Source of the DNA: Desulfurococcaceae archaeon
Lineage (GTDB): Archaea > Thermoproteota > Thermoprotei_A > Sulfolobales > Desulfurococcaceae
Reading direction: 5' to 3'
DNA length: 64,000 nt
Assembly: GCA_038816475.1 (NCBI GenBank)
Contig: JAWBAI010000002.1
Span: 1-64,000, forward strand
Made by a program: the position numbers and the translations under genes
Notes under the pieces: generated by a model
Told to the model about the DNA's origin: nothing
Database searches by the model: none
The model's input: the letters and a program-made list of their open reading frames with translations, nothing else
Shown: positions 37,878 through 48,024 of the stretch, one piece after another
Numbering within the stretch: the stretch's first letter is position 1
Layout of the letters: every line of letters starts with the position of its first letter

Positions 37878-39038
37878 CTAGGAGAGGAGTTCACGATATA
37901 GCTCATAGTGTTTTCTAGCAACAACCTCCCACCTGGTCTCTAGAGCGTACGACCAGAGTTTCTCAACAGCTCTGGATACCTCTTCTTTGCTTAGCAGTAC
38001 CTCCTCTATTTTCCTGGTGATCTCCTCTGCTGTGAACACGCGTAGTGTTAGCTCTGGCGCTAAGAAGTTGCATTCCACGAGCTTGTGAGACCTAGTACAC
38101 AACACTGGTTTCCTACTACCTATAGCTAGGTGAAAAACTCCGCTAACGCTAACTGGGTAGTTGCGCACATCAACTATGGGTAAAACGACTACGTCGGAAA
38201 GAGCTAGTAGCTTTAACAGCGAAAATCGATCTAGGAATCCCTCAAGGTAGTAGACATTACCGTTCTCTCTTATCACCCTTCTCAGAGTTTCCTCAAGTAT
38301 CACGTCTCTGGTATCCTTTCTCCTGGGCATTCCAGCTATGACTAGCTTAACGTTGTACCTATCTGCAAGAGCATCAACGGCTTTTATAACAGGTGAGTAG
38401 TCTTTATCTCTGCTTCGAACAAAACCGGCTATGCAAACCACTTTTTTATTCACAATGTCGCGGGGCAATGGTAAGCTCTGAATCAACAGTTCTCGCGGTT
38501 GTCCAACGAAGGGGTTTAAGAGCGTGCCGTGAGGTATAAGATGAACCTTTTCAACGGGTATACCTTGTCTGAGTAACTCCTGCTCTTGGAGAACACTGTG
38601 AACTATAACTGCATCGCAGTTTTCAACTAGGTGTTTCTGAATAGTTACAAGAGCTTCACCTCCGAGAGCGTGAATAACCGTGTGCAGAGTAAGTACAATC
38701 TTAACTCCCTGTGCTCGAAGACTCTTCATAAAGTTCGCGAGTGAAACAACATCCGGGAAGATGCCAACTTCGTGCTGTATATGAACCAGCTCCGGCTTCT
38801 CCAGGTTCTCCAAGCACTTCGGCAAGTAGAGTACATCACCTCTCATAAAGCAGTTTCTATATGCCACGCCAGAGTAGGAGTCCTGTAGCTCGAATCCCAG
38901 GGGGTAATCAACAGCATCTCCACCTACCACGGATATCGTTAATGCAGGTATCTTCGAGAGTTCCGATATAAGCATACTAGTGTACTCAGCTACACCACAA
39001 GGTACCGGGGGCATTCTAGAAACAAAAACCACGTGCAA
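37878..39038 (-). CDS. Glycosyltransferase family 4
   Basis: PPVPCGVAEY, HIQHEVGIF, TLHTV, IPHG, SGVFHLA. Confidence 0.85.
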   Translation of the reverse strand: MHVVFVSRMPPVPCGVAEYTSMLISELSKIPALTISVVGGDAVDYPLGFELQDSYSGVAYRNCFMRGDVLYLPKCLENLEKPELVHIQHEVGIFPDVVSLANFMKSLRAQGVKIVLTLHTVIHALGGEALVTIQKHLVENCDAVIVHSVLQEQELLRQGIPVEKVHLIPHGTLLNPFVGQPRELLIQSLPLPRDIVNKKVVCIAGFVRSRDKDYSPVIKAVDALADRYNVKLVIAGMPRRKDTRDVILEETLRRVIRENGNVYYLEGFLDRFSLLKLLALSDVVVLPIVDVRNYPVSVSGVFHLAIGSRKPVLCTRSHKLVECNFLAPELTLRVFTAEEITRKIEEVLLSKEEVSRAVEKLWSYALETRWEVVARKHYELYRELLS

Positions 39039-39868
39039 TTGAAACCCCTACAGTGATTTAGATAGCACCGGAATTATCGTTAAACACGAGCAATATAAAA
39101 ACGCAGAGAACCATCTCGTTACAAATACGAATCTTTGTGCACAACATCTGAAGCTAGTGTTCTCCATGAATCCCTGAGGAATTAGATAGCTGAAACACCG
39201 AGATTTTGTTATGAACAGGTCATTTAAGATAATACGCTCTGCTCAGCGGAAAACTCACTCTTGCCGGAGAAACATCTTCATAAAGGATAAAACAGCTTAA
39301 TGGTGAAACAGTGATCCAGCTTATGTAAAAAACAGAACAAGCTGTTCTAATAAGACCTTACATTTGTTAAAACGTTAAGTGAAACTAAAACAAAGTTTGC
39401 CTACACATCTGGAATTGTTATTAACGATTAAGGTAATACTAAACAAAGGTGATCCATAGTACTCTACATTGCTTGAGATAGGTGTTTTACAGAGCATATT
39501 CATGGGTACTTAGTAGGTAAGTAATACGAAAGTGTTCTTTAAATGGTTTCCATGGTTTGATTATAGGTTTAATTCTATATGCAAAAATGCGTTTGTATAA
39601 TGGAGGAGTAATTCTTCGCCCCACTCGTTGAAGTTTCAACGGGTTTTATTTGAACATTGGTTTCACAGTGGGGTTCCTAGTTAACTTTACCCAGACATAG
39701 TTAATTCGCGATTAACTCACCATACTGCTCAGATTAAACTGTTTAAATGCTAGCATGGTGTTTCATGGATAAAAAAGTGTTTATGAACCAAAGACGTGAT
39801 TAATCCTCCGCGGTATTACGTCTGTGTTCCTGGTGTTGAGCGTACTTGTCGTATTCCCCGCTTTCACT
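39039..39868. other. 830-bp AT-rich non-coding region with inverted TGAAAC motifs; candidate replication origin or regulatory hub
   Basis: No ORF of 60 aa or more; TGAAAC at 39191, 39304, 39380 and GTTTCA at 39633, 39660, 39760; several palindromes. Confidence 0.4.
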
Positions 39869-40420
39869 TTAAAGACCGGTGAGTACCTTTATCAGGATGC
39901 TTACTACCGCTGATATGGCGATTGTAAATACCGGGTTTAGCTTGAGCGTAAATAATACCATTGATGCGAGCACAAATATGGATAGTGATACCCAGTCTAC
40001 AACTCCTTTTCTGATAAAGTTGCTGTTAGCTAACCCTACTAGTGCGTAGAGAATCAATGCTATTACAGCTGCAACTACACCTCTAAGTAGAGCTTTGGTT
40101 ATCCAGTGGTCTATGTAGAGCCTTAGAACATGTATAGCTCCTAGGACTAGTAGAACTCCTGGTGCTATGAGAGCTGCAACTGCGATGATGGAGCCCACTA
40201 TACCCTTCATTCTGAAGCCTATCCACGCAGCAGCGTTAACGGTTATTGGTCCAGGTAGACTTGCAACTACACCAATAATGCTTGAGTACTCCTCAGGGGT
40301 TAACCAAGCTCTCTCCTCAACAAAAACCTTGTAGTATAGTCCTACTCCGCCGAATGCACCACCAAACAGTAAGAACCCTAGTTTCAAGAACACCAGAAAC
40401 AAGTCCAGGTATGACACCAT
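39869..40420 (-). CDS. Short-chain chromate transporter (CHR family)
   Basis: FLKLGFLLFGG, FVEERAWLT, LPGP. Confidence 0.85.
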   Translation of the reverse strand: MVSYLDLFLVFLKLGFLLFGGAFGGVGLYYKVFVEERAWLTPEEYSSIIGVVASLPGPITVNAAAWIGFRMKGIVGSIIAVAALIAPGVLLVLGAIHVLRLYIDHWITKALLRGVVAAVIALILYALVGLANSNFIRKGVVDWVSLSIFVLASMVLFTLKLNPVFTIAISAVVSILIKVLTGL

Positions 40421-40500
40421 ACATTCTATCCCTCACTCGTTGATCTATTCACTGAGAGAGTGAGAGTACAAAGAGTACTAATATACTTTACCAGCGAAGC

Positions 40501-40797
40501 CTACTGTACATGCTCGAACGTCTGAGAGCTCCGAATTCTAATTAGAGCGTTTTTGATTATCTCTATCAAGTAGCCTTCTTCACCGGGTAGTCCACTACCA
40601 ACATAGTAGCCTTCCACGTAGAGTTCGGGCTCTTCACACTCAGCATCTGCAACCACTACTTCAACAGGTTCACCCGTTTCCTGCTCGATAATACCCTTGA
40701 TCTCGAGAACCCAGCTGAAGAGAGTGAACCTCTCGTAGTTGTTTCTTCCCCTAACAACGATCTTCACTACCATGATAACTCCGCTACTCATCTGCAT
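40501..40797 (-). CDS. Hypothetical protein (possibly thioredoxin-like fold, no CxxC)
   Basis: Fills gap; protein-like composition. Confidence 0.6.
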   Translation of the reverse strand: MQMSSGVIMVVKIVVRGRNNYERFTLFSWVLEIKGIIEQETGEPVEVVVADAECEEPELYVEGYYVGSGLPGEEGYLIEIIKNALIRIRSSQTFEHVQ

Positions 40798-40882
40798 TTT
40801 AGGTAGTCACAGATGTTTATCTAAGCGAAACACCTTATTTCTTACAGCTAGTTAATAATTTGCACTGTGCTGGTGTACAAGC

Positions 40883-41974
40883 TTGAAGAAGGTTCTAGCC
40901 GTGGGTATTGGTAGAGTTGGGTTCAGAACAATGCTCTTTCTAAGAGAGCTTATCGGGGATCTCCACGTGTACGCTGTTGATGCTGATCCTGCAAGATTAG
41001 AACAAGCTAAAATGCTGGAAGGTGTAGAAGTGTACAGGTACGAGCCAGGACTACTTGGTAAACTCGGGAAGGAAGTAGACCTAGCAGTTACAGCGCTACC
41101 ATCTGCCGTAGCGTTTAGGGGAATCCTCGAGCTTGCTACTCGCTGTGTGAACATTGTAGATGTATCCTTCTTTGCTGAAGACCCCTACACCTTGGAAAAG
41201 ATCGTTGAAGACTGCGGAAGCGTACTCGTAGTTGATGCTGGTTTTGCACCAGGGTACAGCAACCTGGTGGTTGGCTACACCTACCATCAGCTGAAGCTAA
41301 ACGAGAGCATTGAGATCGCCGTTGGAGGGATACCGGAAAAACCAGTACCACCGCTAGGCTATGTTGTAACGTGGAATCCCCGGGACCTCTTAGAGGAGTA
41401 CACGAGATCTGCTAGGTACGTTGTGAACTATGAGGTGAAAACAGCGAAACCAGTTGAATCAGTTGAGAAAGTTTACATCAAAGAGCTTGGAGTGTTCGAG
41501 GGCTTCGTAAGCGATGGACTGAGAACAATGATCAGGAACATAAGAGCTAAGAACATGAGAGAGCTCACGATCAGGTGGCCTGGTCACATGAGCTCGATCA
41601 AGCTCCTCCACGACCTAGGCTTCCTAGACTCAACCGAGGTAGAAGTCAACGGTGTAAGGATCAAACCTATAGATTTCACTGCTAAGGTTCTAGAGAAATC
41701 TCTCGTAGCCAGCGTAAACGACATCGCTGTTCTCCAGGTAGTAGCTAGAGGTGAAAAGGGGTACTACAGAGAGCTTGCTTTACTCAGGGGGACCCCAAAT
41801 GAGCCAGCTACACCAGTGTTCACAGCACTCGTACACTCATATACAGCTAAGATTGCTTTGGAGAACGGGCTAAAACCCGGTATTATACCTCTTGAGCAAA
41901 TGCACATGTTCAAGAACGAGTACGAGGAGTACTTGACCAGGAAGGGTGTTTTCATAGTTAAGGAGCAAACCTAG
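40883..41974 (+). CDS. Saccharopine dehydrogenase / lysine 6-dehydrogenase family
   Basis: GIGRVG, DAGFAPG, VGGIP, DLLEEY, DGLRT. Confidence 0.85.
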   Translation: MKKVLAVGIGRVGFRTMLFLRELIGDLHVYAVDADPARLEQAKMLEGVEVYRYEPGLLGKLGKEVDLAVTALPSAVAFRGILELATRCVNIVDVSFFAEDPYTLEKIVEDCGSVLVVDAGFAPGYSNLVVGYTYHQLKLNESIEIAVGGIPEKPVPPLGYVVTWNPRDLLEEYTRSARYVVNYEVKTAKPVESVEKVYIKELGVFEGFVSDGLRTMIRNIRAKNMRELTIRWPGHMSSIKLLHDLGFLDSTEVEVNGVRIKPIDFTAKVLEKSLVASVNDIAVLQVVARGEKGYYRELALLRGTPNEPATPVFTALVHSYTAKIALENGLKPGIIPLEQMHMFKNEYEEYLTRKGVFIVKEQT

Positions 41975-41975
41975 G

Positions 41976-43808
41976 CTACTCCACTGTAACGGTTTTAGCC
42001 AAATTCCTTGGCTTATCCGGGTCTAGACCCTTTTCAACTGCCACGTAGTACGCTAGCAATTGTAAGGGTGGTGTGTGCGTTATTGGGGATACTACTCGGT
42101 GAGCTCGTGGAACCTCCATTACGTAATCGAACACTCCTGCTATTCTGCAACCCTTGTAAACAACGCCTATGGTTAATGCACCTCTAGCCTTCATCTCCAT
42201 GACATTGTTCAGCATCATGCTCTCTAACACCGGCTCCGGTGGTACAACGAAGACTACTGGGAAACCGGGTTCAACCAGAGCTATTGGTCCATGCTTAGAC
42301 TCACCAGCTGGGTAAGCCTCCGCGTGAATGTAAGCGATCTCCTTGATCTTCAGTGCACCTTCACGTGCGATGGGAAGCCCTACTCCTCTACTCAGGTAGT
42401 ATATGCTTTTGGTGTTGGCAAGTATCTTTGCCAGCTCTCTGGCTTTACCCTTGTTCACCTCGAGAGACTCCTCGACGAGCTCAGGAGAGTTCTCTATTGC
42501 CATTAACACCTCGTTGATCTCTTGTTCGGGAACAGACCTTCTCTTCATTATCTCGGCGATCAGCATGCTAAGCGCGAGAACCTGTGCCGTGAACGTCTTG
42601 GTTGCAGCAACGCCGATCTCCGGTGAAGTTCTCGTGTATATTGCAATATCGCTTTCTCTCGGAATAGCGGAGTCTACCACATTTGAAACGGCTATTACTC
42701 GAGCACCCTTCTCCTTGAACTTTCTCACGGTCTTGAGAACATCCATTGTTTCACCACTTTGACTTACAGCTATTAAGACATCTCCCTTACCAGCTGTTCT
42801 CGAGTAGAGCTCGCCCTCGCTGGCTATGAAGGGTACAACAAGCTCACCAAGCAAGTCGTACAACGCAAGTGCAAAGAACTCAGAGGCGTGGTAACTTGTT
42901 CCAGCTCCAGTTATGTACACTCTTTCAGCCGATTCCAGTATCTCCACAACCTCTTCTACCGCCCAGTCACTCCTTAATCCAGCAAGAGTATTGCGAAGAG
43001 ACCTTGGCTGCTCAAATATCTCTTTGAGCATGAAGTGCTCATACCCCTCCTTCTCGGCAACCTCCATGCTCCACTCGACTATTCTTACAAGCTTCTCATA
43101 CTCCACTATTCCTCCCGTAGTGAGGTCCTCGACGTACACCTCTCGTGGTGTAATGTAACCAACCCAGTTGTCTCTCAGAACGAGCACTTTTCTAGTGTGG
43201 TCTAGAAGAGCGGGTATATCACTAGCAACGATGTTGTAGTCGTTCGCAAACCCAACAACGAGAGGACTGTCCTTCTTGGCAAAGAACAGCTTGTTGCTTT
43301 CAAGCGGAGTTATCATTAGTATAGCGTAGGCTCCCTTTAGCGCTTTAACTGCTTCCTTGAAGGCTGTGTACACATCTCGGTAAATACTGTAGAATTCCTC
43401 TACGAGGTGAGGTATGACTTCAGTATCGGTTTGACTCCTAAACACGTGCCCCTTTTGAAGAAGCTGTTGCTTTAACTCATGGTAGTTCTCAATTATGCCA
43501 TTGTGCACAACGGTGAATAGTCCATTGCAGTCGCTGTGCGGATGAGCATTCTCGTCCGTGGGCGGCCCATGAGTAGCCCACCGCGTATGACCAATACCAA
43601 GACTTCCAGCAAGCTGAGTAAACTTGAGCCTTGATTCCAGTTCCATCAGCTTGCCTTTACCCTTGAGCACTACTACTCCATCCCTGGCTAGAACAGCTAT
43701 ACCAGCTGAGTCGTAACCCCTGTACTCCAACCGCAGAAGTCCTCTGTAGAGTAGCTCACCCAGCCTGCTGTTGGATCCAGAGAAGCATAAGCCTATTATT
43801 CCGCACAT
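41976..43808 (-). CDS. glmS: Glutamine--fructose-6-phosphate aminotransferase
   Basis: MCGIIG, EYRGYDSAG, HTRWATHG, PRNLAKTVTVE. Confidence 0.97.
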   Translation of the reverse strand: MCGIIGLCFSGSNSRLGELLYRGLLRLEYRGYDSAGIAVLARDGVVVLKGKGKLMELESRLKFTQLAGSLGIGHTRWATHGPPTDENAHPHSDCNGLFTVVHNGIIENYHELKQQLLQKGHVFRSQTDTEVIPHLVEEFYSIYRDVYTAFKEAVKALKGAYAILMITPLESNKLFFAKKDSPLVVGFANDYNIVASDIPALLDHTRKVLVLRDNWVGYITPREVYVEDLTTGGIVEYEKLVRIVEWSMEVAEKEGYEHFMLKEIFEQPRSLRNTLAGLRSDWAVEEVVEILESAERVYITGAGTSYHASEFFALALYDLLGELVVPFIASEGELYSRTAGKGDVLIAVSQSGETMDVLKTVRKFKEKGARVIAVSNVVDSAIPRESDIAIYTRTSPEIGVAATKTFTAQVLALSMLIAEIMKRRSVPEQEINEVLMAIENSPELVEESLEVNKGKARELAKILANTKSIYYLSRGVGLPIAREGALKIKEIAYIHAEAYPAGESKHGPIALVEPGFPVVFVVPPEPVLESMMLNNVMEMKARGALTIGVVYKGCRIAGVFDYVMEVPRAHRVVSPITHTPPLQLLAYYVAVEKGLDPDKPRNLAKTVTVE

Positions 43809-43858
43809 TTCGTTAATCCTCTGCTGTAGTATTATATTAGATTCTGGACTATATTAGT

Positions 43859-44554
43859 GTGGGTGTTCCGATGAAGAACAACGCCAGCATAGTCTTGAAG
43901 ATAACTGGAAGAGCCTTCGATGATGAACCAGACATGCTCGCTAGATACATTTCAGTGTTCAAGAAACTACTCGAGAAGTACAAAATGGTTGTTGTAACAG
44001 GCGGTGGAAGAATCGCCCGCAGGTACATTGACCTGCTAAGACAGGCCGGACTTGAGTCCAACTATTGGCTGGACACGATCGGCATATGGGTATCTAGACT
44101 GAACGCTTTTCTACTAGTGGCGGCACTGAGCCCGTACACTTATCCAAGACCAGCAACCAGCATCGAGGAAGCTGTCACAGCGCTTGGTTCCTTCAAGGCT
44201 GTGATTATGGGAGGATTGATACCGGGTCAATCAACAGCGTCTGTTCTGCTCCAGGTAGCTGAAGCCTTGGGTGTTAGGAGAGTTTACTACTACTCAGCTG
44301 TAGGTAAGGTCTACACGAAGGATCCCTCCAGGTACCCGGACGCTGAACCTCTTTCAACAATTACAGCTAGTGAGCTCAAGAAAATGCTAGAGCAAAGCCT
44401 ACTACCAGGAGAGTACGCTCTCATCGATACTAAAGCTCTGGACCTTGCAATAAGGAGCAATATCACGATACAAGTGTTGTTCTACAGAGAACCCGAACAG
44501 CTCCTTAGAGCGCTGGAGGGAGAAAACCCGGGAACAGTGATAATACCAAGGTAA
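43859..44554 (+). CDS. pyrH: UMP kinase
   Basis: VVTGGGRIAR, MGGLIPGQST, YTKDP. Confidence 0.92.
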   Translation: MGVPMKNNASIVLKITGRAFDDEPDMLARYISVFKKLLEKYKMVVVTGGGRIARRYIDLLRQAGLESNYWLDTIGIWVSRLNAFLLVAALSPYTYPRPATSIEEAVTALGSFKAVIMGGLIPGQSTASVLLQVAEALGVRRVYYYSAVGKVYTKDPSRYPDAEPLSTITASELKKMLEQSLLPGEYALIDTKALDLAIRSNITIQVLFYREPEQLLRALEGENPGTVIIPR

Positions 44555-44593
44555 CTCGTCAACCTCGAAACTGGTAGGTAATCCAAGTTCAAG

Positions 44594-45820
44594 CTAACCC
44601 GAGTAGGGAGCGTCAGGACACGCTTTTGTTAGTAGTGACTGCATCAACTCGATGTACTTAACTCCGTGGTCTGGGATTACAGCAACCACATCGCCTTCAA
44701 CTTCACCGCTTTCGATAAGCTCGTTCAAAGCATAAATCACAGCTCCTCCGCTAAAGCCGATTAGTATTCCATCCTTTCTAGCCACGTGAATAATACCTTG
44801 AAAAGCCTCCTCCAATGATACATCAACCACTTTGTCGATCTTCGCTATGCGTAGCCATTTCATCCCGGTTTCAACTCTCCTGATACCAGGTATGGAGGAT
44901 TCCCCGCTTGGTTGAACAGCGAATACCTTTACGTTCTCATAGCGGTTCTTGAAGTACACCGATATAGCAGAAACATGTCCAGATGTTCCAAGCCCACCGA
45001 TAATGGCGCTTGGTTTAACTCCAACGCTTCTAAGCTGGTAGTCTATCTCCTTTGCAGTGTACTTGAGGTGTACTATAAAGTTGAGGTCGTTTTCAAACTG
45101 GTTCAAAACCACTGCTCCATCGCGTGCTGCTTCAAGAAGCACAGAGTTTACCATGGCTGTTGTTATAGGAACGTTCTTTCTCACAACCTCAGCACCCATT
45201 GTTGCGAACACGTAGTCCATGCACTTCTGCGTCGTGTAAGGTAAGTAGACTCTGATCTTTAAACCATAGTAGTTCGCTAAGCCAACGAGTCCTAGCCCCG
45301 TGTTAGCTGAGGTGGGCTCATATATGGTCTTACCACTACTCAGGTAACCCGCTTTAATGGCGTTCACAAGCATGTACCAGGCAGTTCTATCCTTTATGCT
45401 CAGGCTAAACGGATGATACCACTCAAGTTTAGCCCATACACGTACTTTGCTATTACTTAAGGACTTCAGCTTAACGAGAGGTGTTGGTAAGTCCCTGGCA
45501 ACGAGACTCACAACGCTATCGTACACCCTCACGGGATTGCCTCTTACATTGTGAAACACGTCTAGTTCATCCAGAGAAACCTCTAGTTTCATTTCATCCA
45601 TATGATCTGCTATTGGTACATACCTTGTTCCCAGAGACCAGAGCACACTAAACAATTTAGAGTCTTCTTCCGTAGGAGAAGAGCTTTTGCCGAGCATTAA
45701 AGGCCTTGTTTTCCACTTCCTAATGGTGATCTCGAGTAGTTCGATGTACTCCTCTAGTGGTAGTAATCTTGTTTCGGTTTCTAGTTCCTCCACATCTACG
45801 AACTTCATGCACAAACCCAA
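44594..45820 (-). CDS. cysO: O-phosphoserine sulfhydrylase / cysteine synthase (Aeropyrum OPSS type)
   Basis: KLEWYHPFSLSIKDR, GLGTSGH, IPGIRRVETG; N-terminal extra domain. Confidence 0.82.
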   Translation of the reverse strand: MGLCMKFVDVEELETETRLLPLEEYIELLEITIRKWKTRPLMLGKSSSPTEEDSKLFSVLWSLGTRYVPIADHMDEMKLEVSLDELDVFHNVRGNPVRVYDSVVSLVARDLPTPLVKLKSLSNSKVRVWAKLEWYHPFSLSIKDRTAWYMLVNAIKAGYLSSGKTIYEPTSANTGLGLVGLANYYGLKIRVYLPYTTQKCMDYVFATMGAEVVRKNVPITTAMVNSVLLEAARDGAVVLNQFENDLNFIVHLKYTAKEIDYQLRSVGVKPSAIIGGLGTSGHVSAISVYFKNRYENVKVFAVQPSGESSIPGIRRVETGMKWLRIAKIDKVVDVSLEEAFQGIIHVARKDGILIGFSGGAVIYALNELIESGEVEGDVVAVIPDHGVKYIELMQSLLTKACPDAPYSG

Positions 45821-45905
45821 TCAATGCCCAATTCGAGCTCCGAAAAACTCAAAGTATTACAAGCGGGTTAAAGATTCCGTAAACTCACAGCAATACAGGT
45901 GAGCT

Positions 45906-46625
45906 TCAGCGTAATTCGAGCTTCCTTAAAACTCTTCTGATAAGATAGTACAAGACTTTGGCTTCGTACACCGAAGGCCTTGAACGATAGATCAACCTGC
46001 GTGCAACAACAAAGCATCTCTCCTTTTTATCGCTCGAGGTAATCGACCGCTCGATCACCTCCCTTAATGAATGCACAATCTTGTCCAGGTCCTCACGGGT
46101 TGCCCTTGGAGGTATGTTTACCGGTTCAACTTTTCTCGTTCTCCTCCAGATCTCCCAGAGGAATATTGCAACAGCTTGACTAACGTTCAACACAGGATAC
46201 TCAGGTTCAGCAGGTATAGTCACTAGGAAATCCGCCTTAGCAAGCTCATCTCTCGTTAAACCAGTGCTTTCTCTTCCGAATATTAACGCGATCTTGTTTA
46301 CCCTTGGAACAACTTTCCCTATGAACTCTTCTATGGATACAGCCTGACGAAGAAAGTCCCCCTCGCTATAGCCAATAGCACTTGTAGCTACAGACACATC
46401 AACCCCCTCCAGGGCTTTATCGAGACTATCCACTATGACGCTACCTAACAACAGTTCTTTTCCGCGAGCCGAGTATCTCAACGCTTCTTCTATGCTTGCA
46501 ACGGGGTTGACAAGGTAAAGCTCTTTTACTCCAAAGTTTACACATGTACGTGCTATCACTCCAAGATTAACAGCTCCCTCTACTCCAACGAGTACTACTC
46601 TAACGTTAATCAAAGCTTCACACAC
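45906..46625 (-). CDS. trmJ: tRNA C32/U32 2'-O-methyltransferase (SPOUT, TrmJ family)
   Basis: NLGVIAR, IFGRESTGL, YPVLNVSQAV. Confidence 0.9.
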   Translation of the reverse strand: MCEALINVRVVLVGVEGAVNLGVIARTCVNFGVKELYLVNPVASIEEALRYSARGKELLLGSVIVDSLDKALEGVDVSVATSAIGYSEGDFLRQAVSIEEFIGKVVPRVNKIALIFGRESTGLTRDELAKADFLVTIPAEPEYPVLNVSQAVAIFLWEIWRRTRKVEPVNIPPRATREDLDKIVHSLREVIERSITSSDKKERCFVVARRLIYRSRPSVYEAKVLYYLIRRVLRKLELR

Positions 46626-47188
46626 CTAGATGCAATTAGTGTTTCGTAGAAGAAGTGCTTGTGCATAGTATCGACTACGCGAAATCCGTGTAGTTCTAGG
46701 TAGCGTTCAACAACCTCGGGTTTAGACAAACTAGACCACACAATGAACAGTTCTTTTCCGGGTTTCAGAACACTCGATACGTATTCCAAGAAGTACAGTA
46801 TAATCTCATACCCCTCGATACCACCCTCTGTTGCAATGTCTACGATCGTAGAGCTATACGCGGGTAGGTAAGGTGGATTCGCTAGTACAATATCAGCTAC
46901 ACCATTCCTCAACGATATCGCATCGCTTAGAACTACGAGGGATCTGTGAAATACGTTATTCAAAAACACATTAACTTTAATCGATGCAACCGCGTCCTCT
47001 GAAACATCGATAAAAATAACTCTATCGCAATAGCCGTTGAGCAAAGTATACAATCCCAGAACACCGCTTCCAGCTCCGAGATCTACACAGAGCTCGCCGC
47101 GCGGGTTAACTGCATCTATGAGATCTATCAATAGCCACGTATCATCACTTGGTCTGTAAACGTCTCCCAGGTACTCAAGCTTAGGCAT
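46610..47188 (-). CDS. HemK2/PrmC-family protein-glutamine methyltransferase
   Basis: VYRPSDDT, DLGAGSG, NPPYLP, FFYETL. Confidence 0.88.
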   Translation of the reverse strand: MPKLEYLGDVYRPSDDTWLLIDLIDAVNPRGELCVDLGAGSGVLGLYTLLNGYCDRVIFIDVSEDAVASIKVNVFLNNVFHRSLVVLSDAISLRNGVADIVLANPPYLPAYSSTIVDIATEGGIEGYEIILYFLEYVSSVLKPGKELFIVWSSLSKPEVVERYLELHGFRVVDTMHKHFFYETLIASRCVKL

Positions 47189-47190
47189 GA

Positions 47191-48024
47191 TCAAGTTACA
47201 ACACCTTTCTCCCGCAACGTGCAAGCAAGCTCGTAGAAGTCGCGCGGATGGAGAGAAAACACTCTTTTACCCATTAGTCTTCTACCAACTTCACCCAGTT
47301 CACGTATGTCTACGTGAAAAAGCTCGCTAAGCACTTTGTCGATTATACGCTTACGCTGCGTAAAAAGCTTCTTTGTAACCTCTTCCATCATCTTCACGTT
47401 TTCATCGTAGTTCATCCTTCTATTCAACAGTACTACCTGGTGATATACACTAGGTTTGGGGTAGAAGGAGCTGGGTGGATAGACTCCTCCTGCTTCAACA
47501 TTGAATAGAAGTTTAACGAGCACGGTTATTTTCCCGTAGTTTCTTCCGCCTGGTTCCGAGGTTATTCTTTCGCACACCTCCTTTTGTAGAGTAAGTACTG
47601 CTCTCTCAACAGTGTTCTCTCTAGCCAGCTTAATGATAATGTCGGATGTTATATGGTATGGTAGGTTAGATACAACTTGCTTTACGATGAAAGGGGTTTT
47701 CCTAGCATCACCCTGTACTACCGTGAACCTGGGTGAGTTTACAACTTCGCTTGCGATTTTACACAGCTTCTCGTCTATTTCTATACAAACAAGGCTCTTC
47801 ACTCGAGTGAGTAGAGGCAAGGAGAGTGTTCCAATACCGCATCCTATTTCGAGAGTCTCGCAGGGTTTAACGTTCGATAGTATCTCTGTAATAAGCCTTG
47901 GATCAACGACGAAGTTTTGACTAAGCTTTTTACGGGGTTTAAAACCGTATTTCCCGAGAACTTCCTTAGTCCATGATCTAAGCTTTAGTTCACTCCATGA
48001 TGCCTGATTAAAATAGTTCTCCAT
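47191..48024 (-). CDS. ksgA: 16S rRNA dimethyladenosine transferase
   Basis: LSQNFV, EIGCGIG, SNLPYHI, FYPKP. Confidence 0.93.
   Translation of the reverse strand: MENYFNQASWSELKLRSWTKEVLGKYGFKPRKKLSQNFVVDPRLITEILSNVKPCETLEIGCGIGTLSLPLLTRVKSLVCIEIDEKLCKIASEVVNSPRFTVVQGDARKTPFIVKQVVSNLPYHITSDIIIKLARENTVERAVLTLQKEVCERITSEPGGRNYGKITVLVKLLFNVEAGGVYPPSSFYPKPSVYHQVVLLNRRMNYDENVKMMEEVTKKLFTQRKRIIDKVLSELFHVDIRELGEVGRRLMGKRVFSLHPRDFYELACTLREKGVVT

Noticed and set aside
39039-39868. CRISPR array or leader in the long intergenic region
   Set aside because: No regularly spaced 24-37-bp direct repeats and no cas genes in the window
40430-40466. Hairpin CTCACTC/GAGTGAG covering the chromate transporter RBS
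   Set aside because: The predicted transcription start probably falls inside the 5' arm, so the hairpin may not form
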